From positions 70,586 to 134,585 of the forward strand of contig CAYNGY010000001.1 in the NCBI GenBank assembly GCA_964397195.1: 64,000 bases of DNA, in the 5' to 3' direction. Positions 37,132-46,404 of this stretch are shown one piece after another. Origin of the DNA: an uncultured Gammaproteobacteria bacterium (GTDB lineage Bacteria; Patescibacteriota; Patescibacteriia; SBBC01; CAIJZX01). The position numbers and the translations under genes were made by a program. The first letter of the stretch is position 1, and each line of letters starts with the position of its first letter. A model generated the notes under the pieces. That model had not been told where the DNA came from. It searched no databases and saw only the letters and a program-made list of their open reading frames with translations.

Positions 37132-37281
37132 ATGGAACTACTTATCACTTTCGCCCAGTGGGCGAGTGTAGCAGTGCTTTGCAGCGTCCTTGTATATATG
37201 ACGCTCGTGACGGCGAAATCCTGGCTGGATCTGCTTCCGTGGCGGATCCGCCGTCGGTTGTTCAGGAAGCATCACGACTGA
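37132..37281 (+). CDS. 49-aa small membrane protein.
   Basis: MELLITFAQWASVAVLCSVLVYMTLV, a single TM segment. Confidence 0.35.
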   Translation: MELLITFAQWASVAVLCSVLVYMTLVTAKSWLDLLPWRIRRRLFRKHHD

Positions 37282-37312
37282 GAAACGTTGCATTCTAGGG
37301 GCAGGAGGAAAA

Positions 37313-38158
37313 ATGTTTTGCCACAATCTGTCATGGTGGCGACGATGGTGCGAACTACTGTGGGATAGAGCTGAAGCTGGATGGATCGACCGTCAGGGGC
37401 AGGATCACCTCTATCGTCGTCGTGTTGTTGTCCCGGCCTTGCAAGTCGCCGCGGCACACATGACCTTCGATTCCATCATCGACATCGGGAGTGGTGATGG
37501 GAGCATGACGTCGGCATTCGTGCGCACGTTGCCGCCAGCGAAACGTCGTCACGTCGTCTGCCTCGATCACTCGAGCAAACAGCTCTGGATTGCACGTCGA
37601 AACTTATCGGACCTTACCCAGGTGAGCTGTGTGCACGGCGACGTTTGTTCGGATATTTTTTGGAGTCAGGCGAAAGGAGGCGTCAACCGCGCCTCGCAAT
37701 CCCGGCTCTGGATATCCGTCTTCATGCTTCAGGAGCTGCCGTCACTGAAGATCCTACTGAAAAATATGGCCCAGTGTATGGCGCCGGGCGAGCAGTTCCT
37801 GGCGATCACGACGTCACCGTCGTTCGTCGACTTCATGATCTGTGACGCGTGGCGTCGGTATGGTGTGCGTCGTGAAGCCTTCGGATGCTGGCCGCAGGAT
37901 TTCACCTACGCGATGGAATATCCAGTGCCGGTGGCTGATGGCACATGCATTACCCTGCCGCACTTCCAACGTTGGCCTAAGCATTTCCGTCGCCAGGCAG
38001 ATGCCGCAGGTCTGGTCATGAAAGGCTGGCGTGACCTCACCGTACCGTGGACATTGGAAACGGAACGGGTATTCGGATCGACCATCTATGGTCGCGACAT
38101 ACTCGAACGCGCTTCTTCTGTCCTGATGACCTTCGAACGCCCATCGCCCGCGGAGTAA
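37313..38158 (+). CDS. Class I SAM-dependent methyltransferase.
   Basis: IIDIGSGDGSMT motif I. GGAGGA 5 nt upstream. Confidence 0.6.
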   Translation: MFCHNLSWWRRWCELLWDRAEAGWIDRQGQDHLYRRRVVVPALQVAAAHMTFDSIIDIGSGDGSMTSAFVRTLPPAKRRHVVCLDHSSKQLWIARRNLSDLTQVSCVHGDVCSDIFWSQAKGGVNRASQSRLWISVFMLQELPSLKILLKNMAQCMAPGEQFLAITTSPSFVDFMICDAWRRYGVRREAFGCWPQDFTYAMEYPVPVADGTCITLPHFQRWPKHFRRQADAAGLVMKGWRDLTVPWTLETERVFGSTIYGRDILERASSVLMTFERPSPAE

Positions 38159-38271
38159 TCCGCGGGCGTTTCTACTACGGCTTGACGTCAAAAAGCCGAC
38201 GGTATAGTCTACCCGAGCTACCTTTTTCGTGCGTGGGGTAGAGACGTATCCTTCACATGGAATGTGCACGC

Positions 38272-38745
38272 ATGTCGGACTCAACCAGGAGGTGTCCATT
38301 GCGGACCCCGCTTTGGCTGAGCATCGCCCTGTTCATGATGGCGATCATCGTGTTCAGTCCGGCCGGATCGGCCGCGAACATGGTCGACCGTCAGCAGACG
38401 ATGGCCACCGCTCGTTCGAATCACGTGCCGGAGGTCGCGTCCCCCACGGATCTCACCGTGGCCACCCGGTCCACGAACCTGTCGACTCAGCGCACCCTCG
38501 CACGCGGTGACGAGAGCAACATCGGCGCGCAGGCCAGGTCCCAGGAGAAGTCCGACCTGCCCTGCTGGCGGAACGCGATCGCAGTGGGCGACGAGAGCGG
38601 TATGGGCTTTGCCCAGCCGGTCGCCGAGATCTGGATTCGCGGCAACATCACGATGCAGCAGACGCCCGCACCCCAGCTGGCGCTCAGCGGGTGGCGGAAC
38701 GAGAACTCGGGCACGTACGCCTTCGGTGTCCTGAAGATCTCCTGA
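38272..38745 (+). CDS. Secreted hypothetical protein.
   Basis: Signal peptide LWLSIALFMMAIIVFSPAGSAA. The alternative is the minus-strand antisense ORF, which is less protein-like. Confidence 0.4.
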   Translation: MSDSTRRCPLRTPLWLSIALFMMAIIVFSPAGSAANMVDRQQTMATARSNHVPEVASPTDLTVATRSTNLSTQRTLARGDESNIGAQARSQEKSDLPCWRNAIAVGDESGMGFAQPVAEIWIRGNITMQQTPAPQLALSGWRNENSGTYAFGVLKIS

Positions 38746-38886
38746 TCCGCCCCGGCCGTAAGGTGCGGGGCAGCTGATGAGGATCGTCTCTCGAGACGAG
38801 AACTCACAGTCATGAGCCAGTGGGCGCGCTCCCCGGGAGCGCGCCCACAATTTCTTTTGTTTAGTGGCGAATGGTACAATGCAGTC

Positions 38887-39381
38887 ATGATTATTGCTGT
38901 GCTGTCTGATCTCCACGACAACCTTGCCTGCTGGCAGATCATTAGTCGCACCCTTCGCGCCGAACATATCGAGGTGCTGGTCATCTGCGGCGACACCTGC
39001 GCTCCGGCCACTTTGGAACGCATGGCGCAAGACTTTCCCGGTACGATTCACACGGTCTACGGTAATGTCGCTGACCGCGACCTTGAAACGTCCGTCGCCG
39101 CGAAATATGAACACATTATCCATCATGGCGACCGTGGCGGATTTGAAATGCATGGTACCCGAATTGGCTTTGTTCATTATCCGGCGGTAGCGGAGACGAT
39201 GGCGAAGAGCGGGGAGTTCGATCTGGTTTGTTATGGTCATGACCATCTGAAGCGCTGGGCGAAGATGGACGACTGTTTCCTGCTCAATCCCGGTACGGCC
39301 GCCGGGATGTTTCAGTATCCGTCATGGGCGACGGTGGATCTGAAGACGATGGGCCATGTCTTCCGGGAAATAACACTGTAG
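38887..39381 (+). CDS. YfcE-like metallophosphoesterase.
   Basis: MIIAVLSDLHDN...ICGDT...GNVAD...GHDH motifs. Confidence 0.8.
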   Translation: MIIAVLSDLHDNLACWQIISRTLRAEHIEVLVICGDTCAPATLERMAQDFPGTIHTVYGNVADRDLETSVAAKYEHIIHHGDRGGFEMHGTRIGFVHYPAVAETMAKSGEFDLVCYGHDHLKRWAKMDDCFLLNPGTAAGMFQYPSWATVDLKTMGHVFREITL

Positions 39382-39383
39382 CC

Positions 39384-40289
39384 ATGCCGTGGTTCCTCTA
39401 TGCAATCATCGCTGCGCTCGGGATATCGCTGATCAGCATCATCCAGAAGCGAGTCCTACGTCAGGAACACTCCCTTGAGTATGCTCTGTTGTTCAGTCTC
39501 GCAAAGCTCGTGGTCTTCCTGCCGCTGTTTTGGTCGAGAGTAGACTGGAGTATCTCAGGCTCAGCATTGGGCTGGATCATCTTGAGCGCTAGCTTCGGAG
39601 CGGTCAGTTTCCTATTAGTAGTGAAAGCGATCAAACGGATGGAGGTCAGCTCGGTCACGCCGCTCCTTGCTCTCGAACCTGGCATCGTGGCGATTATCGC
39701 CGGCCTGACACTTCACGAGGCGATGAAGGGTCAGGCCCTAGCGGGATTAATTATTGTCGTCGCCGGAACATTCCTGCTGGAAATATTTCAACAGCCAGCC
39801 GGGTGGTGGCATGCGGTACATGGTTTTTGGCCGAAAATAATCCAACCATTTCGGACGCTGACGCAACAAGCGGGCGGCTGGTATATCGTCATTGCTCTTG
39901 TTGCCTTTTCCATTTCGGCGGTGATGGCGCGTCATGTTCTGCTGACAACGCCGATGATGACCTATCTGGCCTATGACTTTATCGTCGGTGCCAGTATCTA
40001 TATCACCCTTTCGACTATTCGTAGACGGCGGATTGAGGTTTTTCGTTCGGGGCGCGTGCACGTCCTCTTCATTATCCTCTTCCTCGCCTTGCTCCATATC
40101 GGCCAAAGTGCGGCGCAGGCGACCGCGATGGCATTGGCACCCGTTGGGCTGGTAATCGCAATGAAAAGAACGTCGGTCCTTCTGGATGTCGCCGTCGGTG
40201 GGCGGTTATTTCATGAGCAGCACCTGATGAAGAAATTTGTCGCCACCTTGCTAATGGTGAGCGGGGCGATTATGATAGCCGTGTCATGA
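39384..40289 (+). CDS. EamA/DMT-superfamily permease.
   Basis: Ten TM segments with two EamA repeats. Overlaps the upstream stop. Confidence 0.75.
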   Translation: MPWFLYAIIAALGISLISIIQKRVLRQEHSLEYALLFSLAKLVVFLPLFWSRVDWSISGSALGWIILSASFGAVSFLLVVKAIKRMEVSSVTPLLALEPGIVAIIAGLTLHEAMKGQALAGLIIVVAGTFLLEIFQQPAGWWHAVHGFWPKIIQPFRTLTQQAGGWYIVIALVAFSISAVMARHVLLTTPMMTYLAYDFIVGASIYITLSTIRRRRIEVFRSGRVHVLFIILFLALLHIGQSAAQATAMALAPVGLVIAMKRTSVLLDVAVGGRLFHEQHLMKKFVATLLMVSGAIMIAVS

Positions 40290-40879
40290 CCATTCCCACG
40301 GCATCCACTCTAACATCACTGGACGCGATTGATCGTGCCGTTCACGACTGCACCGCCTGTCCGCTCGCGGCCGGACGACTCACCGCTGTCCCTGGCGATG
40401 GCGACCCACACAGCGAGATTCTGTTTATCGGCGAAGGGCCGGGAAAAAAGGAAGACGAAACCGGCCATCCATTCGTCGGCGCGGCCGGAAAGTTTCTTGA
40501 TGAAATGCTTGGGGATATCGGGCTGACACGGGCTCAGGTTTTTGTGACGAATGTCGTGAAGTGTCGCCCGCCTGAGAACCGTGATCCGGAGCCGGACGAG
40601 ATATCGACCTGCACCGATTTATTCTTATGGAAACAAATCGAGTTGCTGGCCCCAAAACTGATCTGTACACTCGGTCGCCACTCGATGGGTATCTTCCTGC
40701 CATCTGAGCTAAAGATCAGCCAAGTGCACGGCCAGCCGAAACGCGTTCGCGGGCGGGTCATTCTCCCGCTCTACCACCCCGCCGCGGCCCTGTATAATGG
40801 CGGCATGCGGGCCACGTTAAAATATGATTTTAAGAAGATCCCGTTGGTTTTGAAAAAGATAACCGAAAGACTAGCCTAA
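40286..40879 (+). CDS. Uracil-DNA glycosylase, family 4.
   Basis: CTACPL...GEGPG...FVGAAG...VVKCRPP motifs. Confidence 0.85.
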   Translation: MTIPTASTLTSLDAIDRAVHDCTACPLAAGRLTAVPGDGDPHSEILFIGEGPGKKEDETGHPFVGAAGKFLDEMLGDIGLTRAQVFVTNVVKCRPPENRDPEPDEISTCTDLFLWKQIELLAPKLICTLGRHSMGIFLPSELKISQVHGQPKRVRGRVILPLYHPAAALYNGGMRATLKYDFKKIPLVLKKITERLA

Positions 40880-40890
40880 ATCGGCCGGTC

Positions 40891-40976
40891 TGGTGCCGGA
40901 GGAGAGATTCGAACTCTCAATCCCTTGCGGGCGGGGGATTTTAAGTCCCCTGCGTATACCATTCCGCCACTCCGGC
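40891..40976 (-). tRNA. tRNA-Leu (anticodon UAA), type II long variable arm, CCA encoded.
   Basis: Manual fold. Acceptor GCCGGAG/CTCCGGC. Anticodon loop CTTAAAA. T-loop TTCGAAT. Confidence 0.8.
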
Positions 40977-40994
40977 AGGATACCGTAAATTGTC

Positions 40995-41069
40995 TGGAGC
41001 GGGCGACCGGGATCGAACCGGCGACCTCTTCCTTGGCAAGGAAGCGTTCTACCACTGAACTACACCCGC
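40995..41069 (-). tRNA. tRNA-Gly (anticodon GCC).
   Basis: GCGGGTGTAGTTCAGTGGTAGAAC...CTTGCCAAGG...GGTTCGATCC...CCA. Confidence 0.85.
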
Positions 41070-41079
41070 ATGAATCTGA

Positions 41080-41108
41080 TTTGTACCGTTTTTCGTTTAT
41101 CCTGTCAA
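41080..41108 (-). promoter_or_regulatory. Minus-strand promoter TTGACA, 17-nt spacer, TACAAA, immediately upstream of tRNA-Gly(GCC).
   Basis: Read from the reverse complement. Confidence 0.45.
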
Positions 41109-41182
41109 AGGTTTCTTTTGGAGGCCACGGGTCCCGCCAACTGGCGGGATAAACTCCATCGTCCCGCACAAGTTTGGCCGTA

Positions 41183-41256
<74 letters not shown>

Positions 41257-41395
41257 AAACTCGTGCGGGGTTGCAGACCCGTCCCTGGACTTTACCCCGA
41301 GCCTGCCGAGGGGACTTGGCTAGGTGGCCGTAACGGGCGAAAGTGTATCAGGAAACCGGCCGGAGAACAAGGCCTTGTCCAACTCCCTCTTATCA

Positions 41396-41428
41396 AAAAA
41401 CACCGCTTGCGGGCGGTGTCTTTTGATA
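41396..41428. terminator. Bidirectional terminator ACACCGC-TTGC-GGGCGGTGT with A- and T-runs on either side.
   Basis: Read directly between the tRNA cluster and the 3D-domain gene. Confidence 0.6.
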
Positions 41429-41432
41429 TTCC

Positions 41433-41945
41433 TTAGGAGAGAATTTCGAGGGTGACGGTTCGGACGCCCCACTGCATCGCTTGCGCGCGAGTTGGCATCC
41501 AGACGTCAGCCCGAGAACATCCCCATTTGGCGTTCATTCGGTCTTCGACCGTAAAGATCTTCGAGCCGAATTTGCCGGTAATACGGACCTTCGTTCCGAA
41601 GGGGACGCAGTTCATTGCGAGAGTCCCATCGTGCACCTTTTTGCCTGAAGCCGTGGTAAACGGGTCACCATCGGTTTGATCGCGCGTCGAGCTATAGGCG
41701 CTCGTACGGACGGTCAGGCGGCGCTTCACCACCGGTGCCGGTACTTTAACCGGTTCGGGAGCAGCTGGCTGTAAGACGGTATTCGGATCGTTAAAAGCGA
41801 GTACCGGGCCAACAGCGGCCCGAACTGGTGTTTCTACCAGTGCGGCATCAGCGGTGAAAGTTGGAAAGATCGAATTCACGAAGAGTGCGGACAGCGCGAG
41901 AGCCAAGAATCGAAGGGCTCGCACGCGCGTAGCGCGGCGGATCAT
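41433..41945 (-). CDS. Secreted 3D-domain protein (MltA/RlpA-like C-terminal domain).
   Basis: Signal peptide. C-terminal VRTSAYSS...TASGKKV...VEDRMNAKW matches the 3D domain. Confidence 0.65.
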   Translation of the reverse strand: MIRRATRVRALRFLALALSALFVNSIFPTFTADAALVETPVRAAVGPVLAFNDPNTVLQPAAPEPVKVPAPVVKRRLTVRTSAYSSTRDQTDGDPFTTASGKKVHDGTLAMNCVPFGTKVRITGKFGSKIFTVEDRMNAKWGCSRADVWMPTRAQAMQWGVRTVTLEILS

Positions 41946-42141
41946 GAAATGAATTCTCAATGGTCGTCCGGCAGAAAAACAGTGAGCAGACTGCCGTCGA
42001 ACTCCCCTAGCGGAGGTCCGAAAATAAAACCACCCTACCGACACGTAGGGCTTGCTAGGTGAGCGCAAGAATACGCTATGTCGACCAAATTGTCAATCCT
42101 AAAAACCGGGAAAAACCCGAATTTAGGCTAAGAATCGGGCC

Positions 42142-42762
42142 CTACTTGTGTCGGAAAATATCGAAAAACGACCGTCGCCGTTCCGGTGTTTTCAGCATTT
42201 CCATCAATCCCGGCATGACCGATAGCAGGATAATAATTGCGACGATGGGGAGTAAATACCGATCGATATTTGCGATTCGGCCGCCAAGCCAATAGCCCAT
42301 ACCAACCAGTAGTCCTACCCAGACCGCTCCGCCAACGATATTATAGGCCAAGAACTTTGCGTAGGTCATTTTCCCAATACCGGCGATAATCGGGGCGAAG
42401 GTGCGAACAATCGGCACGAAGCGCGCCAGCACGATTGTTTTCGTGCCGTGCTTTTCATAGAACGCTTCGGCCCGGTGCAGATATTCCTGCTTGAAAAAAC
42501 GAGAGTTCGGACGTTCGAACAGCTTTCGGCCCCAGCGGACACCGAAGGCGTAGCCGGTGCTGACGCCGGCAATGGCGGCGATGAACAGCACAATCACCAG
42601 TACCCATGGGTCGAAGAATCCGCGGGCGGCAAAAATGCCGGCCGTGAAGAGCAGACTGTCGCCGGGAAAAAAGAATCCAATCAACAGTCCATTTTCCGCA
42701 AAAATGATGGCAGCAACGCCGATCAGGCCAATCGATTCAATCAGTGATTCGAGATTAAACAT
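42142..42762 (-). CDS. DedA/TVP38-family membrane protein.
   Basis: FFPGDSLLFTAG...FVPIVRTFAPIIAG. Confidence 0.8.
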   Translation of the reverse strand: MFNLESLIESIGLIGVAAIIFAENGLLIGFFFPGDSLLFTAGIFAARGFFDPWVLVIVLFIAAIAGVSTGYAFGVRWGRKLFERPNSRFFKQEYLHRAEAFYEKHGTKTIVLARFVPIVRTFAPIIAGIGKMTYAKFLAYNIVGGAVWVGLLVGMGYWLGGRIANIDRYLLPIVAIIILLSVMPGLMEMLKTPERRRSFFDIFRHK

Positions 42763-42860
42763 GGGTGTAGAGGTGAATTGCCGATCCAGTGTATCGAAAA
42801 ACACCGTCCCTGACAAGTCACAACACAGCGGCCGATGAGCCGCTGTGTAGGAAAAAACGC

Positions 42861-43301
42861 TTATTGTTTTGGTGTTGCCGGTGGTGTCATGACCGGTGTT
42901 GGCGTGCCGGCCGGTGCATTGACGATTCCGAGAATCCAGCGGTAGCCGACCGCGATCATAATCGGGATGATCAGCGAGATGTAGTTACCATCTGAGGTCA
43001 TTGTGGAGATGACGTTCAAAACAACATTCGCCCACATCAGCCACTGAATCCATTTCTCCAGTCGGAAGGTTCCCCAAAAGATGAGGGTTGCCAGGCCGAG
43101 GGAGATAATGACGAGGACGACGCCGATGATGGCAATCGCGCCGCCCAATCCGCCGCTTGATGCCCCAAAAATTCCGAGGGCCGCTGCTCCGAGGAGGAGG
43201 GCAATAATACCAAGCCCTTGGAGCACGAGCATAATAATCCAGACCGCCTTCGCGCCAGAGTTGGCATTGAGCGCCGCTCGCCGTTCCTGTGGAGTACTCA
43301 T
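42861..43301 (-). CDS. Membrane protein, unknown function.
   Basis: Four TM segments. Pro/Thr-rich C-terminus. Confidence 0.4.
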   Translation of the reverse strand: MSTPQERRAALNANSGAKAVWIIMLVLQGLGIIALLLGAAALGIFGASSGGLGGAIAIIGVVLVIISLGLATLIFWGTFRLEKWIQWLMWANVVLNVISTMTSDGNYISLIIPIMIAVGYRWILGIVNAPAGTPTPVMTPPATPKQ

Positions 43302-43452
43302 AAAAAATAATTACTAGTAAACATGCTGAGTATATCGTAAATGATGGCCACTGTCACCGCGTCTGTCCGGTGGTGGGAAAAATGGATCGCGTCAACCACC
43401 ACTCAGCAAACTCCGGCGTTAGCCAGGGCCTTGTACGCCAACAACCTTTTCT

Positions 43453-43526
43453 TGGAGCAGGTAAGGGGAGTCGAACCCCTCTCATCGGCTTGGAAAGCCG
43501 AGGTAATACCGATATACGATACCTGC
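43453..43526 (-). tRNA. tRNA-Gly (anticodon UCC).
   Basis: Acceptor GCAGGTA/TACCTGC. Anticodon loop TTTCCAA. T-loop TTCGACT. CCA encoded. It lies inside the over-extended N-terminus of ORF 43341..44243. Confidence 0.7.
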
Positions 43527-43673
43527 ACCAAGAAAAGGTCGCTGATGCCGAGCGGAATCCCGCCGTGTCCGGCCCGGCGAAGACGGAGATACCTAGAGGC
43601 GAACGAAATCGTAGCGTATAAGCAGATTTATTGCAACGTTACGTTTTTCCGTCTGAAACGTTATAGTATATGT

Positions 43674-44243
43674 GTGAATGACCTACCGTCCACCATCACG
43701 AACGACGCCCACCGGGCAAAAACCGGTGATCGGGAAGCCTTTGGCCGGTTGTACCAATATTTTGCGCGCCCGCTCTATACCTATATTATCATCCGCGTTG
43801 GGCATCGGGAGAGCGCCGAAGATATCCTTGGTGACGTCTGGATGAAGGCCTGGCACGCGATTGGGAGGTGCGATCCGGACCACGTCGCCGCGTGGCTGTA
43901 CACCATCGCTCGGCACGCGCTGATTGACTCCCTCCGCGCCCGGCGACCAGAAATAAATTGGGAACGGCTACCGGATCTTCGCCACGATGCATTGATGCCA
44001 GCCGCGGTCGATGCACGGCGTCAAAGTGAGAAACTCCGGGCGGCGCTCTCGGCCCTAACCCCCGAGCAACGCGAAGTGTTGATCATGCGCGTCTGGGATG
44101 ATCTCGCCTATGAAGATATCGCGCGCCTCCTCGGAAAATCAGTGGTTGGCTGCCGGATGCTAATGACCCGCGCCGCAAAAACGCTTCGTCCCATCATGAC
44201 ACTTGCCTCACTAACCATACTTCTCCATGCCACACTCCGCTGA
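43674..44243 (+). CDS. ECF (sigma-70 family group 4) sigma factor. The start is uncertain; GTG at 43674 is chosen because the ORF track start runs through the antisense tRNA.
   Basis: Region 2 FGRLYQYFARPLYTYIIIRV...DILGDVWMKAW. Region 4 LTPEQREVLIMRVWDDLAYEDIARLLG. Confidence 0.65.
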   Translation: MNDLPSTITNDAHRAKTGDREAFGRLYQYFARPLYTYIIIRVGHRESAEDILGDVWMKAWHAIGRCDPDHVAAWLYTIARHALIDSLRARRPEINWERLPDLRHDALMPAAVDARRQSEKLRAALSALTPEQREVLIMRVWDDLAYEDIARLLGKSVVGCRMLMTRAAKTLRPIMTLASLTILLHATLR

Positions 44244-45654
44244 ATCATTTCTCCGCGAACTGTATACGCTCGACCCATCGCTGCGGGCGCGAGACCAAGA
44301 GCTGCAGCAGACGGTTGCGTTGTTACTGGCCCAGCGCCCCCACATCACGCCAAACGAATTATTTATTGAGCAACTTCATACCAAAATTATGGAACAACCG
44401 ATAAAAAACCCCTCGACGACATCCTTCCGCTGGATGCCATTACTCGCTATTCCGGCGCTGGCGGCGATCGCCCTCGTCGTGTATCCGTACCTGACGCCTT
44501 CAACCGCGACGAAAACTGACGACGCGGTGACGGTGACCCAAGCACGCGGCCAAGCCTTTGGGGTGTTAACCTCACAGAACGTGACGAATAGTCGCTCTTC
44601 GGCGACTCCATCAGCGACAAAAGATATGTCGGCGACGCCGGTCAATGGTGAGGTTGAAAGTGGATCGGGGACATCGGCGCTCCCGATGGATCTTTCATAC
44701 GCCATGGCCGTGTATACGTATGGCGGCACGATTACCATTCCGCACCTAGATGTGTTGAAGCGAAATAAAACACTGGGCGGTTTGCCGAGCGCTGATGGCG
44801 CCTCGGTGAGCCTACTCGATCTTGGCTCGTTCAGCGGATTGCGAACTGATCAGATGACTTGGTCGCAACGGACGGCTGACGGCTACACGATTACCGTTGA
44901 TGGCCGCGAAGGAACTATCAATATCTACCGTGATAGTGGTATGGTCCGGGCGCTGAGTGATGTGGCGAGTCCTGATGGAACGGTCAGCAGCGGTTCGGCA
45001 TCAACGGCCACCGTAACAGATACGCAAGCGATTCGTATTGCCGGGTCGTTCTTAACAAAACACGGTATCAGCACCGAATCATACGGGGCGGCAGTTGTTC
45101 AGCAGAGTCTGGGTGGTGTCTACATGGAAAAAGTAGCCGCTGGTGATGGAGCCGGGAACTCGATGGCCACTGTCACCTATCCATGGGTGGTCAAGGGCAC
45201 GTCGGTCTATGATGAAAGCGGTAATCCGTTCGGTCTGCAAGTAACGGTTGATGCGGCCACACAATCAGTTCTATCGGTCTACAATCTCATGACGCGCTCA
45301 TTCACCTCGTCGCAATATACGTTGACCGATCAAACGGCGGACATCCAGGCGTTCCTTGGTCGCGGTGGATGGCTTTGGAGCGGTGCGGTCTCGGCCGAAA
45401 CAAAGACTACGTCGTATGCGCTCGAAACGCCGTCGGCAGTCTACATGATGTCTCAGTATCAACAAGATGGCGGCCATGATGACCTCCTCGTTCCGGCCCT
45501 CCGGTTCCCGGTCAACGAAAAAGATCAGGCCGCGGTTGGCCGTTCGGCGGTGATGGTGCCGGTCGTGAAAAACTTGCTGACGCCGCCGACGACAAGTACG
45601 GGCGCGACGGTCACCGAACCCAATATTGCGCCCACGCCAAAACCAACCGAGTAA
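44227..45654 (+). CDS. Putative anti-sigma factor: cytoplasmic N-terminal segment, single TM, and a large extracytoplasmic domain.
   Basis: 17-nt overlap with the ECF sigma gene. TM WMPLLAIPALAAIALVVYPYL. Confidence 0.55.
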   Translation: MPHSAESFLRELYTLDPSLRARDQELQQTVALLLAQRPHITPNELFIEQLHTKIMEQPIKNPSTTSFRWMPLLAIPALAAIALVVYPYLTPSTATKTDDAVTVTQARGQAFGVLTSQNVTNSRSSATPSATKDMSATPVNGEVESGSGTSALPMDLSYAMAVYTYGGTITIPHLDVLKRNKTLGGLPSADGASVSLLDLGSFSGLRTDQMTWSQRTADGYTITVDGREGTINIYRDSGMVRALSDVASPDGTVSSGSASTATVTDTQAIRIAGSFLTKHGISTESYGAAVVQQSLGGVYMEKVAAGDGAGNSMATVTYPWVVKGTSVYDESGNPFGLQVTVDAATQSVLSVYNLMTRSFTSSQYTLTDQTADIQAFLGRGGWLWSGAVSAETKTTSYALETPSAVYMMSQYQQDGGHDDLLVPALRFPVNEKDQAAVGRSAVMVPVVKNLLTPPTTSTGATVTEPNIAPTPKPTE

Positions 45655-45657
45655 TAC

Positions 45658-46038
45658 TTATGGGTGCGACACTCGCGGCTCATCCGACCGCGGGTGTTTT
45701 GTTTCGACCGCGGTTGGTTTCCACCCGTAAACCGCCATATCCACCCAGAGATTTCCGTCGCGTTCGCGGACGTCAATTCCCTCGGCTAAGAGCTTGCGCG
45801 CTTGCTCCTGTTTTGGGGTCGACATATTTTCGATTGAAATCATACCGGCGGCGTTAATCACGCGGTGCCAGGGAACATTCGTCGTTGGCTTCAAAACACG
45901 GAGTGCCCATCCGACCACCTGCGCGCCGCGCGGTGAGCCAACCAGGGCGGCAATTTGGCCGTAGGTTGCTACGCGCCCGCGCGGAATCCGGCGGACGGCG
46001 GTGTAAATGCGGAAGTAGAGATTTTGTCCTCGTGGCAT
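45658..46038 (-). CDS. atl: Alkyltransferase-like protein (Atl; MGMT DNA-binding domain with PWHRV in place of PCHRV).
   Basis: ATYGQIAALVGSPRGAQVVGWAL...VPWHRVINAAG. Confidence 0.65.
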   Translation of the reverse strand: MPRGQNLYFRIYTAVRRIPRGRVATYGQIAALVGSPRGAQVVGWALRVLKPTTNVPWHRVINAAGMISIENMSTPKQEQARKLLAEGIDVRERDGNLWVDMAVYGWKPTAVETKHPRSDEPRVSHP

Positions 46039-46042
46039 GCAA

Positions 46043-46375
46043 TTAAGGTATTGGGCACGGGCAGGGTTTAGATTTGAGTAGACGTACCTGTCGGGCCGGG
46101 GAATCAATATAAAGTGTTTGTCTGGCTGAACCGGTGGCGCGGCGTCGATCGAGCGGTGACGCATGGCGGTATCCGCGTCGTGCCATTTCCCGAACGAGCT
46201 CTGTATGTCGGTTGTAGAGGGCTCGCAGGTGTCCAGCCCAGCGGCGTGTCTCGGGGTGGCGACGGTAGCCCTGTTTTCCTTCGGTCAAAACCGTCCAGAC
46301 GGCATGGAGTTCACGATGTTCACCGAGCAGATGTTGACGGCAGAGCCGTGATGGTGGGAGATCCCAGACGCGCAT
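46043..46375 (-). CDS. Pyrimidine-dimer DNA glycosylase (T4 endonuclease V / Pyr_excise family).
   Basis: N-terminus MRVWDLPPSRLCRQHLLGEHRELHAVW compares with T4 DenV [28 protein letters not shown]. Confidence 0.6.
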   Translation of the reverse strand: MRVWDLPPSRLCRQHLLGEHRELHAVWTVLTEGKQGYRRHPETRRWAGHLRALYNRHTELVREMARRGYRHASPLDRRRATGSARQTLYIDSPARQVRLLKSKPCPCPIP

Positions 46376-46404
46376 CGGAGTTGAGCAATGTCAGGTAGGA
46401 CAGG

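Noticed and set aside
38281-39246. 321-aa minus-strand ORF spanning the secreted hypothetical and the YfcE phosphoesterase genes.
   Set aside because: It overlaps a confidently identified metallophosphoesterase on the other strand. Its composition is dominated by Arg, Gly and His.
43341-43673. N-terminal 110 codons of the ECF sigma ORF as given in the ORF track.
   Set aside because: They run through an antisense tRNA-Gly(UCC). They precede the conserved sigma region 2 by an implausibly long, non-conserved leader.
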